In this document: one piece after another, positions 8,412-15,907 of the stretch
Layout of the letters: each line of letters opens with the position of its first letter
Numbering within the stretch: the stretch's first letter is position 1
Source: Nocardia uniformis NBRC 13702
GTDB lineage: Bacteria > Actinomycetota > Actinomycetes > Mycobacteriales > Mycobacteriaceae
NCBI RefSeq assembly: GCF_001613345.1
Contig: NZ_BDCE01000044.1
Location: forward strand, 97,750-121,749
Direction: 5' to 3'
Length of the DNA: 24,000 nucleotides
Made by a program: the position numbers and the translations under genes
Notes under the pieces: model-generated
The model's database searches: none
What the model was told of the DNA's origin: nothing
The model's input: only the letters and a program-made list of their open reading frames with translations

Positions 8412-9890
8412 GTGTTGACTACCGAACAACTTGACCGCTGGAACGCTCAGGAAGCCGACGCGGAGGCGATGATTCCCATCATCGGCACGTTGTATCGGCG
8501 CAAGGGCGTCACGATCCTGCTGCACAGCCGGTCACTGGTGAACAAGTCGGTGATCAGCATCCTGCGCACGCACCGCTTCGCGCGTCAGATCGAGGGCGAA
8601 GAGCTGTCGGTGCACGAGACGCTGCCCATTCTGCGGGTGCTCAGCGAACTGGATCTGGGACCCTGCAAGATCGATCTCGGTCAATTGGTCGCGGCCTATC
8701 GCGCCGATGACCGCGGACTGTCGATCCGCGACTTCACTGTCACGGTCCTGGATGACGTGACCAACGGCAATAAGGCAGAGCCCCAGGGGCCCCGAGATGT
8801 CGTGCTCTATGGTTTCGGCCGCATCGGTCGTCTGGTCACCCGCCTGCTCATCGAGAAGGTCGGCTCCGGCAATGGGCTGAACCTGCGTGCCGTGGTGGTA
8901 CGCAGGGGCGGCGATGACGATCTGACCAAGCGCGCGTCGCTGCTGCGCCGGGATTCGGTGCACGGCCAGTTCAACGGCACGATCAAGGTCGATACCGCCA
9001 ATGACACGATCATCGCGAACGGCAATGTCATCAAGTTCATCTACAGCGATGATCCGACGACCGTCGACTACACCGAGTACGGGATCAAGGACGCGATCCT
9101 GATCGATAACACCGGTCGGTGGCGCGACCGTGACGGCCTCGCGCAGCACCTGCGCCCCGGTATCGCGAAAGTCGTTCTCACCGCGCCCGGCAAGGGCGAC
9201 GTGCCCAATATCGTGCACGGCGTCAACCACCGCGACCTGGACCTGTCGCAGCAGATCTTCTCGTGCGCCTCGTGCACAACCAACGCGATCGTCCCGCCGC
9301 TCAAGGCCATGGATGACGAGTTCGGCATCGTCCGCGGTCACGTGGAGACGGTGCACTCGTTCACCAATGACCAGAACCTGCTGGACAACTACCACAAGGC
9401 CGACCGCCGCGGCCGATCCGCGCCGTTCAACCTGGTACTCACCGAAACCGGTGCCGCCTCCGCCGTCGCGAAGGCCATGCCCGACTTCAAGGCCAAGATC
9501 ACCGGCAATTCGATCCGCGTCCCCACCCCCGACGTCTCGGTCGCCATCCTGAATCTGCAACTGCGGCAGGAGACCACGAAGACCGATGTCCTCGCGTACC
9601 TGCGTCAGGTTTCCCTCGCCGGTCCGCTGAGCCGAAACCTCGACTACACCGCCGCCACGGACGCGGTCTCCAGCGATTTCATCGGCTCCCGCGCGGCGTC
9701 GATCATCGACGCCAACGCCACCATTGTCGAGGGCGACACCGCCATCCTCTATGTCTGGTACGACAACGAATTCGGCTACTCCTGCCAGGTGGTCCGGACG
9801 GTGCAGTACATCTCGGGGATCGAATACCCGACCTACCCGCGGCCGGACCGCACCGCCGCTCCGGTGCTCACAACGTCCGCGCGGGGGTAA
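8412..9890 (+). CDS. gap: Glyceraldehyde-3-phosphate dehydrogenase, long (~490 aa) form with ~130-aa N-terminal extension
   Basis: NAD-binding 'VVLYGFGRIGRLV', catalytic 'SCASCTTNAIVPPLKAM', and 'WYDNEFGYS' near the C-terminus. GTG start at 8412. The length class is comparable to actinobacterial and pseudomonad Gap2-type enzymes. Confidence 0.9.
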   Translation: MLTTEQLDRWNAQEADAEAMIPIIGTLYRRKGVTILLHSRSLVNKSVISILRTHRFARQIEGEELSVHETLPILRVLSELDLGPCKIDLGQLVAAYRADDRGLSIRDFTVTVLDDVTNGNKAEPQGPRDVVLYGFGRIGRLVTRLLIEKVGSGNGLNLRAVVVRRGGDDDLTKRASLLRRDSVHGQFNGTIKVDTANDTIIANGNVIKFIYSDDPTTVDYTEYGIKDAILIDNTGRWRDRDGLAQHLRPGIAKVVLTAPGKGDVPNIVHGVNHRDLDLSQQIFSCASCTTNAIVPPLKAMDDEFGIVRGHVETVHSFTNDQNLLDNYHKADRRGRSAPFNLVLTETGAASAVAKAMPDFKAKITGNSIRVPTPDVSVAILNLQLRQETTKTDVLAYLRQVSLAGPLSRNLDYTAATDAVSSDFIGSRAASIIDANATIVEGDTAILYVWYDNEFGYSCQVVRTVQYISGIEYPTYPRPDRTAAPVLTTSARG

Positions 9891-9928
9891 CCAAGCGCCC
9901 GGGCAGAAGTCCCGCACGCAATGATCCT

Positions 9929-10013
9929 CGTCATTCCGGCATGCTTTTGGCCGGAATCCACACTCGGACGCCGCGCAGTGTGGATCCCGGCCGAGAAGCG
10001 CGCCGGAATGACG
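9929..10013. repeat. REP/MITE-like nested palindromic element, copy A
   Basis: Terminal inverted repeats CGTCATTCCGGC (9929-9940) / GCCGGAATGACG (10002-10013). Internal hairpins are ATTCCGGC-N9-GCCGGAAT and CCACAC-N14-GTGTGG. The reverse complement is near-identical to 23374-23462, including a 35-nt identical block. Confidence 0.8.
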
Positions 10014-10171
10014 GGTGCTTCGGTCGCGGAACGTGTGGTGGTTTCCCGGCTACCCGCTCGGCCCCGCGTGGCCGAGAAGTAGGTCGGCACCTGAACGCTG
10101 AAGGCCCCTGCTCGGCAGGGGCCTTCGCCGCGTCGGCGAATCGACCGCTGCCCGCGTCGACATTCACGTGG

Positions 10172-12193
10172 ATGTCGGTCGGTATCGGTAGCGTCTGGGT
10201 CGTGGAAACTGGGGAACAGATTCAAGAGCTCGCGGACCGGATTGTGGCGCTGCGCGAGGCCTACTACCAGGGTTCGCCGCTGGTCGCGGATGCCGAGTAC
10301 GACGCGATCGAGGACGAGCTCCGGGGGCTCGTCGAGGCGCATCCCGACCTCGCGCCCGACCCGAATCCGCTGGGTCAGGTCGGTGCGCCCGCGGTGCTGC
10401 ACGCGCCGATCCGGCACTCGCGTCCGATGCTGTCACTCGAGAAGGCGACCAAGCCCGCACAGGTCGCGGCGTTCTTCGATCGCTTCCCCGGCCAGTCGGT
10501 GGTGGTGATGCCGAAGCTCGACGGCCTATCGCTGGCCCTGGTCTTCGAGGACGGGCGGCTGATGCGCGCGGTGACCCGCGGTGATGGCACCACCGGTGAC
10601 GATGTGACCATGCTGGTTCGTGCCCTGGTCGATGGAGTTCCCGAGCGGATCGACGTCCCGGGCCGGGTGGAGGTGCGTGGCGAGGCGGTAATGCTGCGCT
10701 CGACCTTCACCGCCTACAACACCGCGCACCCGGACAAGCCGCTGATCAATCCGCGCAACGCCGCCGCGGGCACCCTGCGCGCGAAGGACCCGGCCACCGT
10801 CGCCGAGCGACGCCTGCAGTTCTTCGGTTTCGACCTGGACACCTCCGAGGGCGGCACCGCGCTCGATCTGGAGGAAAGCCTGGGGGCGCTCGGGATTACG
10901 GGCGCGCAGATGCGGCACTGCGCCGACGCCGAGCAGGCGCAGGCGGCGATCACCGCGATCGAGCAGGGTCGCAATCAATTGGACTACGACCTCGACGGCG
11001 CGGTGTTGCGACTGGCCGACCGTGATGCCTATGCCGCGGCGGGCACCCGCTCGAATTCGCCGCGTGGCGCGCTGGCGTTCAAGTTCGCCGCCGAGGAGAA
11101 GACCACATTGCTGGCCGATGTGGTCTGGGACGTCGGCAAGACGGGCAAGATCGTCCCGGTCGCGTGGCTCGAGCCGGTATTCGTCGGCGGCACCACGGTC
11201 ACCAAGGCGACACTGGCCAACCAGGAGGTGATCCGCGCCCGCGACATCAAGATCGGTGACACCGTCCTGGTGCGCCGCGCGGGTGATGTGATCCCGTTCG
11301 TGGCGGGCGTGCTCGACGCCGCCAAACGCACGGGCGAGGAGCGCGAGATCGTGCCGCCCACCGCCTGCCCCTCGTGCGCGCAGCCGGTGACCGAGCAGGG
11401 CAATAGTCGAGAGTTGTTCTGCACCAACGTTTCCTGCCCGGCACAGACGGTGCGCAGGTTGATCCACTGGGCGTCGCGGGCCGCGGCGGATATCGACGCC
11501 ATCGGGCAGGTGTGGATCGAACGCCTCGCCGAGGCGGGCATTCTGGAGCATCCGTCGGACTTCTACACGCTGACCAAGGAGCGGCTGCTCGAATTCGACC
11601 GCATGGGCGAGGTCTCGGCCGCGCGGATGATCGACTCCATCGACGCCAGCCGTCAGGTCGGCCTGCGCCGCGCGCTGATCGGTCTGGCCATCCCGATGGC
11701 CTCCGACGGCACCGCCGCACGCCTGGCCCGGGCGGGATTCGGCTCCCTGGAGGAGGTCGCCGACGCGGGCGAGGAACGGCTCGTGGCGGTGGAGGATATC
11801 GGACCGAAGGTCGCCGCCTCCCTGGCCGCACATCTGGATCGCCTACGGCCGGAGCTGGAGCGGCTGCGAGCGGCGGGCGTCAGTCTGGATGTGCGCGAGG
11901 AGGACCTGCCCCCGGTGGTGGCGGCCGGTGCGCCCCTGGCTGGCAAATCGGTAGTCATCACCGGCGCGATCAGCGACCCGCGCTCCGGTGAAAAGGTCGC
12001 CCGCCCAACATTTCAACGCCTGTGCGAGAAGGCGGGCGCGACAGCGGCGTCCTCGGTCTCCGCGAATACCGACCTGCTCATTACCGGTGCGGGTGTCGGC
12101 GAGAGCAAGCTGACCAAGGCGGAGAAGCTCGGCGTCGAGGTCGTCGACCAGGGCGAGATCTGGAACCTGCTGATAGCGGCCAAGGTTATCTAG
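10172..12193 (+). CDS. ligA: NAD+-dependent DNA ligase LigA
   Basis: Ia domain 'LREAYYQGSPLVADAEYD', adenylation 'KLDGLSLALVFEDG' (KxDG), 'TRGDGTTGDDVT', Zn finger 'CPSCAQPV...FCTNVSCPAQ', HhH region, and C-terminal BRCT ('GKSVVITGAI...'). The start is ATG 10172 or GTG 10202. The track ORF start (9941) reads through the REP element and is rejected. Confidence 0.93.
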   Translation: MSVGIGSVWVVETGEQIQELADRIVALREAYYQGSPLVADAEYDAIEDELRGLVEAHPDLAPDPNPLGQVGAPAVLHAPIRHSRPMLSLEKATKPAQVAAFFDRFPGQSVVVMPKLDGLSLALVFEDGRLMRAVTRGDGTTGDDVTMLVRALVDGVPERIDVPGRVEVRGEAVMLRSTFTAYNTAHPDKPLINPRNAAAGTLRAKDPATVAERRLQFFGFDLDTSEGGTALDLEESLGALGITGAQMRHCADAEQAQAAITAIEQGRNQLDYDLDGAVLRLADRDAYAAAGTRSNSPRGALAFKFAAEEKTTLLADVVWDVGKTGKIVPVAWLEPVFVGGTTVTKATLANQEVIRARDIKIGDTVLVRRAGDVIPFVAGVLDAAKRTGEEREIVPPTACPSCAQPVTEQGNSRELFCTNVSCPAQTVRRLIHWASRAAADIDAIGQVWIERLAEAGILEHPSDFYTLTKERLLEFDRMGEVSAARMIDSIDASRQVGLRRALIGLAIPMASDGTAARLARAGFGSLEEVADAGEERLVAVEDIGPKVAASLAAHLDRLRPELERLRAAGVSLDVREEDLPPVVAAGAPLAGKSVVITGAISDPRSGEKVARPTFQRLCEKAGATAASSVSANTDLLITGAGVGESKLTKAEKLGVEVVDQGEIWNLLIAAKVI

Positions 12194-12210
12194 GCCTGTT
12201 ATCACGTGCG

Positions 12211-12267
12211 GACACGACCGGTCTGGCTATTGTTGGGCGTGACGGCCGTGGCCGAGACCGTCGTGTC
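12211..12267 (+). terminator. Long imperfect hairpin downstream of ligA
   Basis: GACACGACCGGTCTGGC (12211-12227) pairs with GCCGAGACCGTCGTGTC (12251-12267): 8 bp, a bulge, then 5 bp. There is no U-tract, so terminator function is only inferred. Confidence 0.3.
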
Positions 12268-12368
12268 GTGTCGAGGGGTGCTCGTCGGCCGCTGCGGTGC
12301 GGGGGATCTCGTTAGGTTGAGCGGTTTGTGGATATGCAGTTGTTCTCACCGACATCGGAGGGCTTTGC

Positions 12369-13331
12369 ATGGCGAAAGATTTGACCCAATTGGAGCTGCT
12401 GACCGCGCTGGAGCCGGTCGTCGGCCAGAATATCGACCGGCACCTAGCGACGGCCAAGGACTGGAATCCGCACGATTACGTGCCGTGGGACGAGGGTAGC
12501 AACTTCGCTGCGATGGGCGGGATCGATTGGGACCCAACGCAATCGCGGCTGTCGGAGGTTGCGAGGGTGGCGATGATCACCAATCTGCTCACCGAGGACA
12601 ACCTGCCCTCCTATCACCGCACCATCGCCGAGAACTTCTGCATGGACGGCGCGTGGGGAACCTGGGTCGGGCGCTGGACCGCTGAGGAGAACCGCCACGG
12701 CATCGCCATGCGCGACTACCTCGTGGTCACCCGGAGCGTCGACCCGGTGGCCCTGGAGAGCGACCGGATGCTCCACATGACCAAGGGTGTGAACACACCC
12801 GAGGGCTACGGCGGTGTGCTCGATCAGGTCGCCTATGTCACGTTCCAGGAACTCGCCACCCGTGTCAGCCACCGCAGCACCGGCCGGGTGTGCGCCGACC
12901 CCGTGGCCGACCGCATGCTGGCGCGTATCGCCGCGGACGAGAACCTGCACATGATCTTCTACCGCAACCTGACCGCCGCGGCGTTCGACCTCACCCCCGA
13001 CCAGACAATCGAAGCCATCACCAAGGTCGTGCAGAACTTCGCGATGCCCGGCCACGGCATGCCCAATTGGCGTCGCAACGGCGTGCTGATGGTCAAACAC
13101 GGCATCTACGACCTGCGGCAGCACCTCGACGACGTCCTCTGGCCGGTCCTGCGAACGTGGAAGGTGTTCGAGCGCACCGATTTCACCGCACGCGGCGAAC
13201 AAAGCCGCGAGGAACTCGGTGAATATCTCGAGAAACTCGAACGCGATGTCATCCGGTTCGAGGAACAGCGCGACCGCCTGCTGGCTCGCGAAGCGGCCAA
13301 AGCCGAGCGTGCCCTCACGGCCGCTGGGTAA
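12369..13331 (+). CDS. desA1: Acyl-ACP (stearoyl-ACP type) di-iron desaturase, DesA1-like
   Basis: Di-iron ligand motifs 'EENRHG' and 'ADENLHMIFY'. The protein is near-colinear with what I remember of mycobacterial DesA1 ('DLTQLELL..LEPVV', 'TEDNLPSYHR', 'FQELATRVSHR'). SD GGAGGG lies 6 nt before the ATG at 12369. Confidence 0.9.
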   Translation: MAKDLTQLELLTALEPVVGQNIDRHLATAKDWNPHDYVPWDEGSNFAAMGGIDWDPTQSRLSEVARVAMITNLLTEDNLPSYHRTIAENFCMDGAWGTWVGRWTAEENRHGIAMRDYLVVTRSVDPVALESDRMLHMTKGVNTPEGYGGVLDQVAYVTFQELATRVSHRSTGRVCADPVADRMLARIAADENLHMIFYRNLTAAAFDLTPDQTIEAITKVVQNFAMPGHGMPNWRRNGVLMVKHGIYDLRQHLDDVLWPVLRTWKVFERTDFTARGEQSREELGEYLEKLERDVIRFEEQRDRLLAREAAKAERALTAAG

Positions 13332-13364
13332 TCGGGGACCGAGGACTATCGGGAACCGAGGGGC

Positions 13365-13395
13365 CAACTGGCCGGATTCCTTATTCGGCCAGTTG
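13365..13395. other. Stem-loop: either the desA1 terminator or a subterminal hairpin of the IS200/IS605 left end
   Basis: 10-bp perfect stem CAACTGGCCG (13365-13374) / CGGCCAGTTG (13386-13395) with an 11-nt loop. It lies between the desA1 stop and the stop of the tnpA remnant. Confidence 0.4.
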
Positions 13396-13397
13396 AC

Positions 13398-13632
13398 CTA
13401 TGATTTTCGGCGCAAGCCCGGTTCTTCAGGGTCGGGATAGCCGATCCCCTTTAGATCGGGGCGGCGTTGCTGTTGCGCATACTGGGCGATGATCGAGAGG
13501 GGCGCGCCACCGCAAGAGGCTGCGAAGTACGACGGCGACCACAGGTGCTCACGGTGAGTCTGCATCCGGTATCGCAGTTGCGCAACTGCCGCGAGGAGAC
13601 ACCCTTGCGTGAGTTCACCAGCTTCGACAGTT
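13398..13632 (-). pseudogene. tnpA: IS200/IS605-family Y1 transposase TnpA remnant (C-terminal third only, frameshifted)
   Basis: Minus-strand frame b reads 'LSKLVNSRKGVSSRQLR'. Frame a reads 'HLWSPSYFAASCGGAPLSIIAQYAQQQRRPD'. Both are hallmark C-terminal TnpA blocks, separated by a 1-nt frameshift near 13585. The N-terminal ~75 aa, including the HUH motif, are absent. Similarity stops at the TTGAC at 13631-13635. Confidence 0.75.
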
Positions 13633-13741
13633 GACGACTGTCAGCGCGCTTCGATATCGAAGAGCGCCGACAACGACGACCAAGGGTGCGTGCAGCGTGA
13701 AAACAGCCACGGTCCATAGCCCTACTTGCTACGGTATTCGA

Positions 13742-14965
13742 ATGCTTGTTCGATACCGTTACCGCGCCTACCCGGACGGGGATCAGCAGAAGATGCTGTC
13801 CCGGTCGTTCGGGTGCGCGCGGACGGTGTTCAACGATGCGGTACGTGCTCGGCAAGTCGCCCATACCGCAGGTGTGAAGATCAGCGACACCGATGTGCAG
13901 AGGCGGGTCGTTACGATCGCCAAATCGACACCGGAACGTGCGTGGCTGGCGGAGGTGTCCTCGGTGGTGCTGGTGCAGGCCTGCCAGGACGCGCGTCGCG
14001 CCTACCGCAACTTCTTCGACTCCCTGTCCGGAAAACGACGAGGCCGCAAGATAGGGGCACCCCGGTTCCGGTCGCGCAAGAACAATCGGCAGTCGATTCG
14101 GTTCACCCGCACCGGATTCGGTGTCACCGACCGGGGCGTACGCCTGGCGAAGATCGGGGACGTGAAACTCGCGTGGTCACGGGAGCTCCCGTCGGAGCCG
14201 ACGAGTGTCACGGTGCTCCGCGAACCGGACGGCCGCTTCTACGTGTCGTTCGTCGTGGAGGTCGAACAGACGCCGCTACCGGCCTCACCGACTGTCGCCG
14301 GTATCGACCTGGGGCTCACCGACTTGGCGACGATCGCCCGGTCGGACGGCACCCGGGAGAAGATCCCCAACCCACGGCACCTCGGCGCCAAACAACGTCG
14401 TCTCAGCAGAGCCCAGAAAGCGTTGTCGCGCAAGCGGAAAGGGTCGGCCAACCGGGCAAAGGCACGAGTCCGGGTCGCGGTGTTGCACCGGAAGGTGCGG
14501 GAAACACGGCTCGACCACCACCACAAACTCGCCCTCCGGCTAATCCGTGAGAACCAAACGGTAGCCGTGGAGGATTTGGCGGTGGCGGGTATGGCCCGCA
14601 CCAGGTTGGCGAAGTCGGTCCATGATGCCGGCTGGTCCACCCTGGTTCGGTTGTTGGAGGAGAAAGCCGCCCGGTATGGGCGGACTGTCGCCACGATCGA
14701 CCGATGGTTCCCGTCTACCCGCACCTGCTGCGTGTGTGGCGTGGTCGGGGACCGTCAACCGTTGTGTGTTCGGCAGTGGGTGTGCGTGTGTGGGGTGGTC
14801 CTGGATCGGGACTACAACGCCGCGGTGAACATTATCGACGCCGCAGGGCTTGCGGAGTCGTTAAACGCTTGTGGAGGCGATGTGAGACTCCGGCTCGCCG
14901 GAGCGGTTGCCGGTGAAGCAGGAACCCCCCGAACAGACCCCACCGGACATGGTGAGGCTGCGTAG
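13742..14965 (+). CDS. tnpB: TnpB (OrfB/IS1341-type) RNA-guided endonuclease, apparently intact
   Basis: 'MLVRYRYRAYPDGDQQKMLSRSFGCARTVFNDAV' is a typical TnpB N-terminus. The RuvC triad is present: D in 'AGIDLGLTDLATI', E in 'TVAVEDLAVAGM', D in 'DRDYNAAVNI'. Zn finger: 'TCCVCG...WVCVCG'. There are no internal stops. I chose ATG 13742 over the track start 13631. Confidence 0.9.
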   Translation: MLVRYRYRAYPDGDQQKMLSRSFGCARTVFNDAVRARQVAHTAGVKISDTDVQRRVVTIAKSTPERAWLAEVSSVVLVQACQDARRAYRNFFDSLSGKRRGRKIGAPRFRSRKNNRQSIRFTRTGFGVTDRGVRLAKIGDVKLAWSRELPSEPTSVTVLREPDGRFYVSFVVEVEQTPLPASPTVAGIDLGLTDLATIARSDGTREKIPNPRHLGAKQRRLSRAQKALSRKRKGSANRAKARVRVAVLHRKVRETRLDHHHKLALRLIRENQTVAVEDLAVAGMARTRLAKSVHDAGWSTLVRLLEEKAARYGRTVATIDRWFPSTRTCCVCGVVGDRQPLCVRQWVCVCGVVLDRDYNAAVNIIDAAGLAESLNACGGDVRLRLAGAVAGEAGTPRTDPTGHGEAA

Positions 14966-15016
14966 GAATCCCGGCCCTTCAGGACCAGGAGGAAGTCAAC
15001 CCCATGCCATGGACGA
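14800..15016 (+). ncRNA. Putative omega-RNA (reRNA) scaffold plus guide of the TnpB element
   Basis: This is inference only. In characterised TnpB systems the omega-RNA overlaps the 3' end of tnpB and the right end, and the guide is the ~16 nt beyond the element end (here 15001-15016). A small stem CTCCGGC/GCCGGAG is visible at 14888-14903. The extent is not determined. Confidence 0.3.
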
Positions 15017-15300
15017 TGATGTCCGGATCACATATGGGAGGCTGTGCATTTCGCCGATGCTGCCGCAATGGCGGCGGGGTTGCGCGTTACTACGATCGAT
15101 CGGCCGGGATAGGGTGTCGTCGATGTTGCCGCGTCGGCGGATCGTGGATTGGGTCGATACCGTGAGCGCGGTGGCGGACGGCTCCGGCTGGATCAGTTCG
15201 CGATGCTCGGTGTTTCCGGTGGTGGTCCATGCGTTGGCGTGCGCGTATCGCTTGCCCGACAGGGTGACCCGTGCGGCGGTGGTCAGCTCGCCCGCCCTCG
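15001..15300 (-). pseudogene. Remnant of unknown host gene abutting the IS right end
   Basis: A minus-strand frame with high GC3 reads '...ELTTAARVTLSGKRYAHANAWTTTGNTEHRELIQPEPSATALTVSTQSTIRRRGNIDD...'. It runs straight into the IS boundary and takes its stop (TGA, 14996-14998) from inside the IS end. The upstream part changes frame ('ALDTRFSNEGGR' is in another frame). Family unknown. Confidence 0.25.
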
Positions 15301-15907
15301 TTCGAGAAGCGCGTGTCCAGTGCGGACGAGAGTGATGGCAAGCGTGGGGGAGGGTTGCGGGTATTGCGCCGGTTTCCATTGCTGGCGCGCCCGGTCGCGG
15401 CGCGGATGGGGGGGTGGTTCGGGAGCCGCGCGGTCTCGCCGGGCTGATTGCGCAGATGTCGGCGGCTGATCGCAATCGTCCGGCCGGGATGAGGAGTTGG
15501 CGGCGAAGATCGTGGCCAATATCGGGGTGGCTTTCACACAGGGCAGCCGGGGAGGCGCGGGGATTTGACGGTGATGTTCGCTCGACCGTAGGGGTTCGAC
15601 CTCGCTGATATTGCTGTACCCGTACATATTTGGCATGGTGCGGCCTACGCCAACGTGCCGGTTGCGGATGCTCGACGGCTCGCGGCCGCTCCCCCGAACG
15701 CCGAGCTCGTCGTCGTTTAGGCGCCGGGGCATTTGGTATTCGTCGACCACGTCACCGCAATCTTGGACTCGATTCCGGCGAGTATGTAGGCGAATATGAG
15801 TGTCCACGCGAGGCCTGCGGGGGCGTGGCCTAATGGGCGTGGCCGATCCGGGATGTCCGATCGATACCCCGCCGGGCTGGCGGGGCGGACATCGGTAATC
15901 ATGCGCG

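Larger units (their letters stand above)
13398..15000 (+). mobile_element. Decayed IS200/IS605-family element (tnpA remnant divergent from intact tnpB)
   Basis: Contains the tnpA remnant (minus), tandem hairpins at 13626-13667, tnpB (plus), and a 3' tail 'GGAATCCCGGCCCTTCAGGACCAGGAGGAAGTCAAC' ending at 15000. This tail resembles the conserved right ends seen after actinobacterial tnpB genes. The boundaries are inferred, not proven. Confidence 0.6.

Noticed and set aside
8532-9917. 461-aa minus-strand ORF covering the whole GAPDH gene
   Set aside because: It is a shadow ORF of a high-GC gene. Composition is Arg/Gly/Asp/Val-rich with no recognisable motif, whereas the plus strand encodes an unmistakable GAPDH.
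9941-10171. N-terminal extension of the ligA ORF (750-aa version)
   Set aside because: It reads through the REP-like palindromic element and has an Arg/Gly/Pro-rich composition. LigA homology begins around 10202.
10526-11833. 435-aa minus-strand ORF inside ligA, with other overlapping ORFs at 11247-11831 and 11512-11991
   Set aside because: These are antisense or off-frame shadows of ligA, Arg/Gly/Pro-rich with no domain signatures.
12444-13367. 307-aa minus-strand ORF opposite desA1
   Set aside because: It is an antisense shadow. desA1 on the plus strand has the di-iron motifs and an SD.
13451-13864. 137-aa minus-strand ORF
   Set aside because: It is a chimera. A short middle stretch (about 13580-13630) is the genuine tnpA remnant frame. 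The 3' part is the wrong frame after the frameshift. The 5' part is antisense to the tnpB start. I annotated it as a pseudogene instead.
15001-15120. Test of whether the missing N-terminus of tnpA continues to the right of the TnpB element (simple nested insertion)
   Set aside because: I translated all three minus-strand frames beyond 15000. None contains the HUH or 'HLVFVTKYRR'-type TnpA blocks, so a simple insertion model is not supported.
15717-15902. 61-codon minus-strand ORF 'MITDVRPASP...GLAWTLIFAYILAGIESKIAV...' starting 6 nt after the amber-split ORF
   Set aside because: It has one possible TM helix and moderate GC3, but no SD and no recognisable family. Evidence is too weak to call; it may be another remnant.
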